The translations under genes were made by a program, and so were the position numbers. Source: an uncultured Spirochaetota bacterium (GTDB taxonomy: Bacteria > Spirochaetota > Brevinematia > Brevinematales > JAOACQ01). Taken from it: a stretch of 64,000 bases of DNA. Below, in pieces: positions 19,659 to 30,178 of the stretch. Within the stretch, counting starts at the first letter, position 1; every line of letters begins with the position of its first letter. Below the pieces are notes generated by a model. That model saw nothing but the letters and a program-made list of their open reading frames with translations. It ran no database searches and had not been told where the DNA came from. The stretch is from positions 64,001-128,000 of the forward strand of contig CAWAOD010000013.1 in assembly GCA_963783575.1 (NCBI GenBank), in the 5' to 3' direction.

Positions 19659-20507
19659 TCACATTTCGGTACCATTCCAGACTGAAATATTTTCAAGCAA
19701 ATATATCGATCCGGGAGCCTGAAGTTTGATTATCAGTCCTTTTTCAGATTCATCGATCCAGAAAAAGCCTTCTTTAGAATAGCTTTCCATTAATTTTGCC
19801 AGGAAAGGGTCTGCGCCATAAAATCCAACCTTTCTAGTATTGAATTTACCCGCTTTTGTTTCAATTATCTCTTTGCCTATATATTTAAATCCAATTTCAA
19901 CTGGCATTTTAAGAATATTGGGTATTATCGCATAAACAATGCCAGGAGTTTTCAAGTCAAAAAACCTGGCTCCAAGGAAAATTAATGAACCCATATCCCA
20001 AACCGGAAAGTTAGTTTTGATCTTAATTATGCTGTGCCTTGTCCTAAGGGCATTACCATCCCATACTGTTTCCCAATAACTGGCGATTTGTTTTGTTTTA
20101 TCAATTTGAAGATCGGATTGAACTATGCCTTTTTTATTTTCCAGGATAAAATTGGATAATTCATCGGAATGGTAAGCTATAAGGTTATAATCACTTAAAG
20201 ATACTTTTTTATAATCTGTAAAATTTGTAAAATATCGCGGTATGGGTATTGCGGAACCTTCTGAAAAACGCTGCTGATAAATAGTTACAATATTTTCTTT
20301 ATAATTAATATCATAAACTTGTAAAAGCACATAATCAATTTCATTTCCTGCATATTTTACATATTTTAGATATTCATGGTTCTGTATCAATAATTTTTTA
20401 GGCTTCATCGGCTCCATTTCTATCTTACCCGTCATCGAATAAGTAGAAATAGTAAAGTATGTTATAATTATTGCAACTCTTAATACAATTTTAAAATTGA
20501 AAATCAT
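19659..20507 (-). CDS. Secreted hypothetical protein (DUF3108-like beta-rich C-terminus)
   Basis: Signal-peptide-like N-terminus; GKE.I.T.AG.F.T.K and WID motifs; GGAGG RBS. Confidence 0.6.
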   Translation of the reverse strand: MIFNFKIVLRVAIIITYFTISTYSMTGKIEMEPMKPKKLLIQNHEYLKYVKYAGNEIDYVLLQVYDINYKENIVTIYQQRFSEGSAIPIPRYFTNFTDYKKVSLSDYNLIAYHSDELSNFILENKKGIVQSDLQIDKTKQIASYWETVWDGNALRTRHSIIKIKTNFPVWDMGSLIFLGARFFDLKTPGIVYAIIPNILKMPVEIGFKYIGKEIIETKAGKFNTRKVGFYGADPFLAKLMESYSKEGFFWIDESEKGLIIKLQAPGSIYLLENISVWNGTEM

Positions 20508-20562
20508 ATTTTCCTCCAGAATTATTCTGAAGGAAATTTTATCATAGTTTGATAAAAATGAT

Positions 20563-20606
20563 ATGTATCGACGGATACAATTTGACTACATCTTTGGATA
20601 CAATTT
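20563..20606 (-). promoter_or_regulatory. Tandem putative LuxR-family operator overlapping the -35 region of the 20507 gene
   Basis: TGTATC-N4-GATACA inverted repeat; GGATACAATTT repeated 23 bp apart; minus-strand TATGAT -10 at 20541-20546. Confidence 0.55.
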
Positions 20607-21512
20607 TATTTGCCTGATCATATTTATTAATTTTATTCTCCCGTTCACTCCTGTTTTTTCATAAATATTATGTACATGCCTTTTAACGGTTCCGGTAGTA
20701 ATAAAAAGCTTATTTCCGATCAATTTATTACTATAACCTTCAAATAATAATATTAAAATATCTTTTTCCCTTTCCGAAATTCCATATTTTTGGCAGAAAA
20801 GACTATAATATTGCCTGATATCTTTGTCCGCTTCCTTAAAAAACAGGTTCTGGACAAAATAATATACTGATAATAAATTCCAGATAAGATATATGGCAGG
20901 ACCTACTCTAAAACTTCCTGGTATTGATGAAAATTTAATTTTATAGTTTAATATTGAATCAATTCCCAACGCAAAAAATATTAGAATACTGGAAATCAAT
21001 AAAGCCCGGCTAAACAATCTTACCTGAATAATTACTATTTTATGGAAATTAATCAAAACCGTTATACAGCTATACAGGCCGGTCATTATCAATAATATAA
21101 ATAAAAAAATATTGGTTAAAGGCATAAATATTTTAACGAAATAGTTTATCATAGTTATAATAAAACATATGATTGACAATATTCCAAAAAATTTGTTCAT
21201 TTTTATTAATTTTAAATATGGAAATAAACTATTCGTAAAGATTGGGACCGCGGCTATAAGGAGTGTTTCTCCAAAAAGGAAGAAAATATCCAGAACTATT
21301 GTTAGATTATCAGGTGATATTTGGTTGATATCAATATAATTTTTAATTGTACTGGATAATATCAGAATTGTGAGAGCTGACAACAATAAAATATAATATT
21401 TAAGTAATTCATTTTTTCTTTTCAGATAAATTAAAATAGAAGCTATTAATACTGTAAATCCGGCTGCAAAAGATAAAATCCAGTAAATCAGAAGTAAATG
21501 TTCCATACCCAT
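20586..21512 (-). CDS. Membrane-embedded (about 7 TM) LuxR/GerE-family regulator
   Basis: C-terminal ISEREKDI...GYSNK.I...LFIT.GTVKRHVHNIYEK HTH. Confidence 0.88.
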   Translation of the reverse strand: MGMEHLLLIYWILSFAAGFTVLIASILIYLKRKNELLKYYILLLSALTILILSSTIKNYIDINQISPDNLTIVLDIFFLFGETLLIAAVPIFTNSLFPYLKLIKMNKFFGILSIICFIITMINYFVKIFMPLTNIFLFILLIMTGLYSCITVLINFHKIVIIQVRLFSRALLISSILIFFALGIDSILNYKIKFSSIPGSFRVGPAIYLIWNLLSVYYFVQNLFFKEADKDIRQYYSLFCQKYGISEREKDILILLFEGYSNKLIGNKLFITTGTVKRHVHNIYEKTGVNGRIKLINMIRQIKLYPKM

Positions 21513-21815
21513 CCTTACTTTTTATCATAAATATTATAATCTTCAAAAATAATTCATGCAACAGGGTTTTGAAATTTATCAATATTTTAGTAGAGCCAAT
21601 AATTATAAAAATATACAATATTCACTAATTAACCGGATTTTATTTTATAGATATTTTCCCATTTCTTTGTTTTATGATTATTATTAATTAGACAGTATTA
21701 TATATTTTATTAATGAAAAATAAATCGAAATTAAAAATTCACCATTATCATAATATTTTTAGTTATTGCTTTTTATCTGTTTGTTTTATCTATGATGCTT
21801 TTACAGGAGGTATCT

Positions 21816-22322
21816 ATGATTTTAACGAACATGATAATAAGCACTATTTTATCTCTTCAGGATTTCAATTCTAACGGTTTTTTCAAAAACAATTCATTTG
21901 ATAGCATGTTTTCGAATAAGATAATTGTTTCAGATCAAAATGATTTGCATAATAATAGTATGTTCAACAATGACGTTCAGCTTGAGAAGATTATATATTA
22001 TTTAAAATCGGTTAACCTTATTTATGAGGATATTTATGATTACACCAAGCCTAATTTATACAAAAGGTACTCATATAACGGCAGTAATTATATCTCACAT
22101 GAATTAAATCCTATTGCAAATTTATTTTTTAAGAATAATTTGTGGGATCTGGCATTTGTAAGCGCTAATTTATTTAATTATATGATTTATAATGTGGATG
22201 CCATATCTTATTTCTATGCAGTGGGATTAAATATAGCGGAAATTTTTGCAATATCTTCATGGAGTCCTCTTGCAACCGCTGAAATAAACGTTTATACTCC
22301 GGTATTCATCTATATGTTTTAA
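21816..22322 (+). CDS. Hypothetical protein
   Basis: ORF preceded by AGGAGG; no recognised family. Confidence 0.5.
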   Translation: MILTNMIISTILSLQDFNSNGFFKNNSFDSMFSNKIIVSDQNDLHNNSMFNNDVQLEKIIYYLKSVNLIYEDIYDYTKPNLYKRYSYNGSNYISHELNPIANLFFKNNLWDLAFVSANLFNYMIYNVDAISYFYAVGLNIAEIFAISSWSPLATAEINVYTPVFIYMF

Positions 22323-22381
22323 AAATCTGTTAATTTAATAATAAGATAGTATAATTCAAAATTTTCAATTAAATTTTATCT

Positions 22382-22410
22382 TTGACTAATATTCAACAGC
22401 AGTATAGAAT
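22382..22410 (+). promoter_or_regulatory. Sigma70-type promoter for the MCP gene
   Basis: TTGACT-N17-TAGAAT. Confidence 0.6.
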
Positions 22411-22476
22411 ATTTATCATAAAGGAATAATAGTAATTTAAAAAATAATTTTATTACTATTTGAAGGCGGTTTTCAA

Positions 22477-24180
22477 ATGGATGGTTTAAATCAGGATATT
22501 ATTTTTCAATCCAGGATAAAAGCGGAGAAATTAGTGGCATATATCCGTGTAATACTTGTTTTGATATTCCTGATTATTGCCGTAATGATATTGTTTAATA
22601 TTAAGGCTCAGGGTTTATCCGATTCTGAGGTAGTAAGAAACAATATAATTGAGTTTGCGGCCATAATCAGTTCTATTATTGTAACGGCAGTATCTTTTTA
22701 TTTTTTATTGAAAAACAAATATTCCATCCTTATGAGCTTCCTTCTGATTACTCATGATATTATTATTTTAACTGTTGTAGATTATGTGCTCAGTATTAAC
22801 GCGCCTTTTCTATCATTAACCACGGGCTTAATAACCGCCATGGTTATGATTGTTGTTTTATCGGGGCTGCGTTATTCCTTTGGGCTCTCGCTTTATTCTG
22901 GGATTTTGGCTTCTCTTGGATATTTAATTGTAATTATTATTAACGGCTCGGACATAATAAGGATTTTCGGGCAAAATATATCTGTTTTTACAGGAATAGG
23001 CCATGCAGGGAAAAATGTAAATATTTATTTTGATATGGATGATATAACGATCCATTTTATTTTATTTAATATTATAGGTTATGCAACTGGAAAAATCGCT
23101 TCAAACAGTAAAAAATTGATTTACGAACAGGCCGAACTGGCTTCCAAACACAGCAGCCTGCAAAATGCTTTTATTGAAAATTCACAGACATCTATAGAAG
23201 CAAATTCCAGAAGCACTCAATCCCTTCAGGATTCCATAGAAATCTTCGATCAAAGAATGGGAAGCCTGATAAGAATACTTGAAAACATTTCTAGTAATTC
23301 CCGGCTGCAAAACGAGTATATCTCCGATTCAGTACTTCAGTTAAGCAGGATTGACGAATCTTTTATAAGAATTGACAGTGAGGTTACAAATCAGTCAGGC
23401 AGTATAAATATTGTATCGGAAAAGATAGCACGCCTTGCTTCAAATATTAGTGAAATAAACAGATCGACTATTGCAGCAAAAGAAGAATCGAAAATTCTGG
23501 CAGATACTGCGCACAGCGGACAGGATACGGTTAAAGAATCTATTTCCGCGGTTAAAGATATTGAAAAAGATTCAAAACAAATTGAAACAATTATTAAATT
23601 AATTACAGATATATCGGATACAACAAATATCTTATCGATGAACGCCGCAATTGAAGCGGCAAATTCAGGCTCATCCGGCAAAGGATTCGCAATAATTGCA
23701 GGAGAGATTCGCAAACTGGCCATCAACTCATCGCAGAATGCAAAGCAGATCAAAGATATAATCAACAGGATCATTCACAAGATAATTGCCGCCGCGGCTT
23801 TATCAGAGGATGTGGGCGCTTTAATACAGAAAATACTTCAGGGCATTGATTCCGTAGATAATTTGATACTTTCAATATCCGGATCAGCCCAATCCCAGTC
23901 GGAAACTGCTTCAATAATTGAAAATAACGCAGGCGAGATAGTCAAGAAAACAGAGGCAATAAAAGAGAACATCAAGATTGAAAGAGGCATTTCAAATAAT
24001 ATAATAGAAAAAGTAAAAGATGTTAAAAAAATTGCCGATCAAACTGAAGAGGAAGTTCGTAATGAAGTTGAACTTAGCAAAGATATAAATATTACGGTAA
24101 AAAAGATATCTGAAATCGTAAGTGAAAACAGGAAGCTGGCGGTTAAATTGAAAGAGAATTTAAGCACTTATAATCTATAA
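22477..24180 (+). CDS. Methyl-accepting chemotaxis protein with polytopic membrane N-terminus
   Basis: TNILSMNAAIEAA..G..GKGFAIIAGEIRKLA; about 6 TM helices. Confidence 0.88.
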   Translation: MDGLNQDIIFQSRIKAEKLVAYIRVILVLIFLIIAVMILFNIKAQGLSDSEVVRNNIIEFAAIISSIIVTAVSFYFLLKNKYSILMSFLLITHDIIILTVVDYVLSINAPFLSLTTGLITAMVMIVVLSGLRYSFGLSLYSGILASLGYLIVIIINGSDIIRIFGQNISVFTGIGHAGKNVNIYFDMDDITIHFILFNIIGYATGKIASNSKKLIYEQAELASKHSSLQNAFIENSQTSIEANSRSTQSLQDSIEIFDQRMGSLIRILENISSNSRLQNEYISDSVLQLSRIDESFIRIDSEVTNQSGSINIVSEKIARLASNISEINRSTIAAKEESKILADTAHSGQDTVKESISAVKDIEKDSKQIETIIKLITDISDTTNILSMNAAIEAANSGSSGKGFAIIAGEIRKLAINSSQNAKQIKDIINRIIHKIIAAAALSEDVGALIQKILQGIDSVDNLILSISGSAQSQSETASIIENNAGEIVKKTEAIKENIKIERGISNNIIEKVKDVKKIADQTEEEVRNEVELSKDINITVKKISEIVSENRKLAVKLKENLSTYNL

Positions 24181-24252
24181 ATTAAAATAATTATTCCCGC
24201 AGGTTCTTTTATTTCTGCATGTTCGAAGCTCTAAAAACCATCTGGATGTTTT

Positions 24253-24900
24253 ATGTTTTTTGGAAATCTAAATAATAATATTCCGGCTGTCATGATCTTG
24301 CGGCATGCCGAACGGTTTACCGTTGACAATATTTATAATCATAAAGAGATACTGCTGACTGATAAAGGTATTTACGATTCGCTATCGCTTGGGAAAGAAA
24401 TTAAAAAACATTTCACAAAAATAAAAATATATCATACTCCTGTTAAAAGATGTAAGCAAACAGCTTATTATATCGCCCTGGGAATCGATGCTGATATAGA
24501 AATAGAGGAGTTAAATTTACTTGATGATGCCGGTTATTTTTATAAATATGATGAAATTGTAGAAATTATAAAAGAAAACGGCCCGGCGGGATTTGCCGAA
24601 AAATGGTGTAATAGGGAACTATCAAACGAAATAATTATTCCATATGACAAATTGTCTATGTTTCAGCTTAATTTATTATTAGATCAATTGAAACAAAATT
24701 TTGATTTAGTCATAAATGTAGTTCATGATTGGAATATTTATGCTTTATTAAAATTTTATTTTAAATTATCAATTGAAGAGATCGGCGTTCCCCCTTATTT
24801 ATCCGGGATAATTCTTTATAAGAACGAAACGGGAGAAATTTGTATGCAATATTCCGAAAAACCGGATATCATCAAGCTGCCGCATCCGGGAAAGGCTTAA
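24253..24900 (+). CDS. Histidine phosphatase superfamily protein
   Basis: LRHAER, LT.KG, P..RC.QTA, VVHD. Confidence 0.8.
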   Translation: MFFGNLNNNIPAVMILRHAERFTVDNIYNHKEILLTDKGIYDSLSLGKEIKKHFTKIKIYHTPVKRCKQTAYYIALGIDADIEIEELNLLDDAGYFYKYDEIVEIIKENGPAGFAEKWCNRELSNEIIIPYDKLSMFQLNLLLDQLKQNFDLVINVVHDWNIYALLKFYFKLSIEEIGVPPYLSGIILYKNETGEICMQYSEKPDIIKLPHPGKA

Positions 24901-24901
24901 T

Positions 24902-26239
24902 ATGGACAATAAAAAGATTCCTTTAACGGATATTGAATTATTTTGTTTAAAGCTGCATCAGCACCTGCCTTTTCATGTAATAATAAGTGTGAATTTTGAC
25001 GGCAATTTTGATTTGGGATCACTGGAAAAAGCCGTTAAGATTGTAAAAGACCGTCATCCTTACCTTAACTATAATATAGAGTTTGAAGATTCTGTCCCTT
25101 ATTTTAATTATTATCCCGATGTGCCGATAAAAATAAGTTTTTTTAGCGGCAATTATGAGACCTGGATATCTCTCTGTGAAAATGAAATGAATAATCCGAT
25201 TGATGTTTCTATAGCGCCGTTATTCCGAATATCATTGCTTAATAGAGGAAGCAATAATTATGATTTAATTATTAATATTTCACATATTATTTCGGATGGA
25301 ATATGCGTCCTCAATTTTGTTAAAGATATAATATTTGTTTTGAATAAATCATTAAACAATGAAATTATCGGATTAAAGCCTTTTAATTTATTAAGGCCAT
25401 CGCTGAATTTGTATCCGGATATTACAAAAGGAAATACTTCAATCGTTATCGACAAATGGTATTCATCGGGTTTTATATTAAATACAATAAATAATAGCTC
25501 AAATTCACTTCAAAATAATAATACAATTTCTTTACCGAAAGAATTGAGAAGATCAAAATTAATAAATTATATTTTCTCGGGAAAAGAAACAGTAAATATT
25601 ATCCAAAAATGCAAAAATAAGAACTTATCCGTCAATTCTTTACTTGCCACAGCATTGATCTTTTCCCTGCGGGATTATTGTTATAAAAACGGTCATGGAT
25701 TTTCACGGATTAAAAGTAATTCCGGCATAAATATCAGGGACTGTTTGAGAGATATTAAAATTCCGGCCCGGCAGTTCGGTGCCTGGGCAGGCTATGGATA
25801 TATTTATGCTGATTTGTATGAAACTGCGGACCCGGCGAATTTTGCAATTTCATACGGAAAGATATTATCCGATAGTATAAAAAACAGCGTCCCTTTTTAC
25901 ACGATAAAAAATCTCGCGGATAATTCTTTGATGAAATCATTTAACGAATATGCTCCGAAACATACTGAAAATCTCCCATACGCCATTCTAACAAATCTGG
26001 GAAAAATTACAATGGATGAGAAGGAAGGCAAGCAGAATAAAATCAGGGTAAATTACTATAATTTTATGACGCCTATGCATAGAAACTGGAATAATGACTT
26101 GGGTTTTGGGGTTTGTTCCTCTTCATTTAACAATGAATTAAATTTAAATTTTATCTATATGGAACCGTTTTGGACAAAAAATAAGGCTTATAAGTTCATT
26201 TCAGAATTCTTATATTATATTTATTTTATATGCTGTTAA
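24902..26239 (+). CDS. Stand-alone condensation-domain / PapA5-alcohol acyltransferase-like protein
   Basis: RHPYL, PLFR, SHIISDG (HxxxDG), LTNLG. Confidence 0.75.
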   Translation: MDNKKIPLTDIELFCLKLHQHLPFHVIISVNFDGNFDLGSLEKAVKIVKDRHPYLNYNIEFEDSVPYFNYYPDVPIKISFFSGNYETWISLCENEMNNPIDVSIAPLFRISLLNRGSNNYDLIINISHIISDGICVLNFVKDIIFVLNKSLNNEIIGLKPFNLLRPSLNLYPDITKGNTSIVIDKWYSSGFILNTINNSSNSLQNNNTISLPKELRRSKLINYIFSGKETVNIIQKCKNKNLSVNSLLATALIFSLRDYCYKNGHGFSRIKSNSGINIRDCLRDIKIPARQFGAWAGYGYIYADLYETADPANFAISYGKILSDSIKNSVPFYTIKNLADNSLMKSFNEYAPKHTENLPYAILTNLGKITMDEKEGKQNKIRVNYYNFMTPMHRNWNNDLGFGVCSSSFNNELNLNFIYMEPFWTKNKAYKFISEFLYYIYFICC

Positions 26240-26250
26240 TATTTTGTTTT

Positions 26251-27027
26251 TTAATTTATTTTTCTGTTTTCACCGGCAAGATAACCGCCGTCAATCGGCA
26301 GAGCCAGCCCTGTCAGATACGAAGCTTCATCACTGCAAAGCCATGCTACTGCATTTGCGATATCCTCAACTTCCCCAAGCCGGTTTAATGGATTCAACCC
26401 TGCCCTGATTTTTTTTAAAGCCGGATCTTTATCATATGTTTTATCCGTCATTTCAGTATTTATAAAGCCGGGGCAGATTACGTTAATTCGAATCCCTGAA
26501 TCGGCATATTCAAGCGCCGCCGCCTTGGACAAACCTACTACTCCGAACTTACTTGCCACATAAGCTCCAATATTTTTTACCGCGTATAATCCGGCCGCAG
26601 ATGAATTATTGATTATTACCCCGCCATTATTCTCAAGCATTTGACTGATTTCATATTTCATGCAGAGCCAGACGCCTTTTAAATTTATATCAATTACATT
26701 ATCCCAGTTTTCTTCAGTCGAATCCGAAATCATGGCTTTTTTTGAACTTATGCCGGCGTTATTAAACGCATAATCGATACGGCCAAATTTATCCGTAATT
26801 TTTATGAACATATTTCTTACATCTTCATCTTTTGAAACATCGCACCTGAAAAAAACGCCTTCGGCCTCAAAAGCAATAATGTTTTTTAAAACTTCATCCC
26901 CTTTTTCTTCGTTTCTTCCGCAAATGATAACAATAGCCCCTTCTTTTGCAAACTTTAATGCGGTAGCTTTACCCATACCGGATGTTCCCCCGGTTATCAG
27001 AGCGACTTTATTTAGAAACCTTTTCAT
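26251..27027 (-). CDS. Classical SDR oxidoreductase
   Basis: TGGTSGMG, NNAG, YVASK, ICPG. Confidence 0.92.
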   Translation of the reverse strand: MKRFLNKVALITGGTSGMGKATALKFAKEGAIVIICGRNEEKGDEVLKNIIAFEAEGVFFRCDVSKDEDVRNMFIKITDKFGRIDYAFNNAGISSKKAMISDSTEENWDNVIDINLKGVWLCMKYEISQMLENNGGVIINNSSAAGLYAVKNIGAYVASKFGVVGLSKAAALEYADSGIRINVICPGFINTEMTDKTYDKDPALKKIRAGLNPLNRLGEVEDIANAVAWLCSDEASYLTGLALPIDGGYLAGENRKIN

Positions 27028-27055
27028 TTTAACCTGCCTTAATCTAATTTGTCTA

Positions 27056-27781
27056 TCATTTTAAATGCGCTCCGCCGTCAAGATATATAATATTTCCGGT
27101 CATATATTGATTTTTTAATAAGGAATCAACCATTTGCGTTATGTCATCAATCTCGCAAATTCTCTTTAAAGGAATAGATTTTTCAATTGAATTGATATAT
27201 TCCTTTTTTTCTTCAGGGGATTTATATTTCCTCATTGGTGTGTCGACCCATCCCGGAGAAATGGCGTTAATCCTTACCGGAGCGATTTCTAATGCCATTC
27301 CTTTTACAAAACAATCGATGGCCGCATTTATTGCCGCCAGTGTAATGGAACCGATCTGCGGTTTAACTCCATAAACTCCCGAAAAGAGGACGATTGAGCC
27401 GTTTTGTTTAATCTTTTCGGTTCCATATTTTACAGCCATAACCTGGCCCCAGAATTTTGTCTGGAACGCATTTTGCATATCGGGAATTGTTAAATCTTTC
27501 AATAATCCGGTAACATACTGAAACGAGGTAAAAATTAGAAAATCATATTCATCGATTGTTGAAAAGAAATTCTTAATTTCATATTCATTCTGTACATTAA
27601 CTTTAAAGATAGAAATATCGCTGCCGATTTCATTTTTTATTTTTTCTAAATTCTCAGTATTATGAGAAGCCGCTAAGATTTTAGCTTTCTTTGAAAATAA
27701 ATACCGTACAATCCCGTAACCTATGCCGGATGTTCCGCCGAATATTATTACTTTTTTATCTTTATAAAAATCGTCAGCCAT
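27056..27781 (-). CDS. Atypical SDR oxidoreductase
   Basis: GGTSGIG, KFWG, RINAISPG; canonical YxxxK absent (LAAIN). Confidence 0.85.
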   Translation of the reverse strand: MADDFYKDKKVIIFGGTSGIGYGIVRYLFSKKAKILAASHNTENLEKIKNEIGSDISIFKVNVQNEYEIKNFFSTIDEYDFLIFTSFQYVTGLLKDLTIPDMQNAFQTKFWGQVMAVKYGTEKIKQNGSIVLFSGVYGVKPQIGSITLAAINAAIDCFVKGMALEIAPVRINAISPGWVDTPMRKYKSPEEKKEYINSIEKSIPLKRICEIDDITQMVDSLLKNQYMTGNIIYLDGGAHLK

Positions 27782-28055
27782 TTTTAATTTCTCCTCTCAC
27801 CCAACAATACAATATTATATTCGATTGCAGTAATACTGTCAAAATATGAATTTGGATATACTAATTTTATGTTTACTCAATCGCTTTATTATAAAATGCA
27901 GTTTTTATTAGAAATTAAGTAAATTTATTATTTCAGTAACTCAGGGATTAAATCTTTTATAAAATTAGTCTTGACATTAAAATATTTTTAATTAAAATAA
28001 TTAAAAAAGTTAGAATTAGAAATATTAAAGTATTATTATATATCGGGGGTTTTTT

Positions 28056-29159
28056 ATGATTATGAAGAAAGTAAGTAAAAGGAAATTTATTAATCGGATC
28101 AATGTTGCTATTGCAACAGTAATATTTGTATTGATTTCCGGATGTGCCGATCCCAGTATAGAAATGCAAAAAAGTTTAAGCGCTAAAGCAAAAACCATAA
28201 ATGAAGGATTCATAAAAGTGAAGGTAAACGCAATACGAGTAGCCGATCTTGTAAGTAATAAATCAAGCGGGTTTAATCAAAATGCAATTGATCTTTCAGT
28301 TCTTGAATCAGAGCGGACCGGAGGCTACAAACTTTTTAATAAATTTATGTACATTAATGCAAAAAATAATGATAATGTATTTGTCTGTACATATTCAGGA
28401 AAATCAAAATATACGGAAGGGAATACTTCATATTTATTCGGAAAGAAAATATGCGCGTATTTCTGGAAAGAAATAATGAATGAATTTTTACCGATTGTTA
28501 AGGATAAAGCGGAATATGTTACCGGGAATAGTATCTTTTTGCAGGATATTTTTAATGGCAGTGGAGATTTTTATGTTTGTTCATCTCCATGGCAGGACTT
28601 TGCATCTTTAATTCCACCCGGAATACCTGATATTCATATTTTTGACTGGTTTAATATAATTACTCCTGAAAAAGATCCTGATCGAAGTCCCAGATGGACA
28701 CCCGAACCGTTTGTTTCAATCGGGGCACAGGGTGAAGGTGGATGGATTCAAACTGTTTCAGTCCCTATCTATTTAAAAGATGGGAGATTCTTTGGAGATT
28801 CCACAAGTGATATGCTTATAATACCTTTTACAAAAGTATATTTTGATAATGAGAAGAAAGCGATGCTTATGTTATCGCATAACATGTTACCTATTTCATT
28901 AACAAAGGCTGCTGAAGATATAATAGGGGTAAAAGGAATTGTAGATTATTATTACTTAAATCAATTAATTAAAAATCCAAAGGCTGCGGATAACGCATAT
29001 TTTACCCATGTTTCTCAACCTGAAGATATAAAAGAATTGGCAGGTAAAATTTCCGGCAACTCGAAATTTGAACAAAAAGTAAAAGGGAAGACATATATTT
29101 TCATTGTAGAAAAAATTCCCGAAGTAAATTCCTATCTTTTAGGTATTGTTAATAAATAA
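28056..29159 (+). CDS. Lipoprotein with Cache/PDC-like sensor domain and no output domain
   Basis: Lipobox LISGC; P..DP.R.PRWT...PF...G...TVSVPIY..G.F.G resembles dCache. Confidence 0.62.
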   Translation: MIMKKVSKRKFINRINVAIATVIFVLISGCADPSIEMQKSLSAKAKTINEGFIKVKVNAIRVADLVSNKSSGFNQNAIDLSVLESERTGGYKLFNKFMYINAKNNDNVFVCTYSGKSKYTEGNTSYLFGKKICAYFWKEIMNEFLPIVKDKAEYVTGNSIFLQDIFNGSGDFYVCSSPWQDFASLIPPGIPDIHIFDWFNIITPEKDPDRSPRWTPEPFVSIGAQGEGGWIQTVSVPIYLKDGRFFGDSTSDMLIIPFTKVYFDNEKKAMLMLSHNMLPISLTKAAEDIIGVKGIVDYYYLNQLIKNPKAADNAYFTHVSQPEDIKELAGKISGNSKFEQKVKGKTYIFIVEKIPEVNSYLLGIVNK

Positions 29160-29196
29160 TTTGTTTCCGGATAAATCTGTAAAACTTACGGGAATT

Positions 29197-29547
29197 TCAG
29201 CCCATGAAATTCATAGCTTCCTCCATGGAATAGGAATTCCCGAAATACTGCATTAATCCAACCAGTTCAAATACTCTTCGTATCTCCGGCTTCAAATTGA
29301 TAAAGCAAATTTTACCGCCTTTATTAGTATATTTTTCATATAAATCCATAAACACACCAATCCCGGCACTGGAAACATATTCTAATTTTGTAACATCAAA
29401 AATAAATTTCTTACAGTTGTTTTTTGAAATCATATTTCCGATCTGTTCAACCAAATCATCCGATGTATCCATATTAATATAACCTTCCAGTATTACAAAA
29501 GCCACTTCATTTTCAACTTTTCCTATAAATTTTAATTCTTCCTGCAC
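29197..29547 (-). CDS. STAS anti-sigma factor antagonist (RsbV/SpoIIAA-like)
   Basis: LEYVSSAGIG phospho-Ser motif, VFELVGL. Confidence 0.9.
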   Translation of the reverse strand: MQEELKFIGKVENEVAFVILEGYINMDTSDDLVEQIGNMISKNNCKKFIFDVTKLEYVSSAGIGVFMDLYEKYTNKGGKICFINLKPEIRRVFELVGLMQYFGNSYSMEEAMNFMG

Positions 29548-29562
29548 ACTGAGCCTCCAATA

Positions 29563-30138
29563 TTAAAAAGTCTTTATCATTGTGATCCGGTTATATTCAC
29601 CGTGTCTCACTTCATATTTCACATCATCCATAAGCTTTCGGATCAGATATATTCCTATGCCTCCATGAGTTTCTTTTACTTTTTCTTTCAACTCCTCATG
29701 TGACGAGTAATTTCCTTTGTTTCCCAGCTTAAATTTTCTTCCTTTTTCGCCAAAATCATCAATATTGATAATTATTTTTGAAGAATAAAGAATAAACTGG
29801 AATTTAATGATTAATTCATCATCATTATGATAAGAATGCTCGTAAATATTGGCAATTGCTTCTTCAATAGATATTAAAATATCGTTGAGTATAACACTAT
29901 TTGGCATTAAAAGTGAAAGGACTTCATTGACTCTTTTTTTAATAAAACCTAATCTGATAGGCCGGGGAAAATCTTTAGTGGAAAAAACAATAGAAATTGA
30001 TGAATTCTCAATACAGGCCCTATTAAAGCTTTCTTTAATTTTGTTTTTTGTTTTATCATCCAGTACAAAATCTGTAGATTCCGATTCCTTCTGAAGTTTT
30101 TTGAAAAGTTTATATTTTACACTCATCCGAATCTCCAC
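29563..30138 (-). CDS. Anti-sigma factor Ser/Thr kinase (RsbW/SpoIIAB-like)
   Basis: EEAIANIYEHSY, DDFG, GGIGIYLIRKLMDDV. Confidence 0.88.
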   Translation of the reverse strand: MEIRMSVKYKLFKKLQKESESTDFVLDDKTKNKIKESFNRACIENSSISIVFSTKDFPRPIRLGFIKKRVNEVLSLLMPNSVILNDILISIEEAIANIYEHSYHNDDELIIKFQFILYSSKIIINIDDFGEKGRKFKLGNKGNYSSHEELKEKVKETHGGIGIYLIRKLMDDVKYEVRHGEYNRITMIKTF

Positions 30139-30178
30139 AAAATTAATAATGAATCAATAATCGAAAAATATTTTCTTC

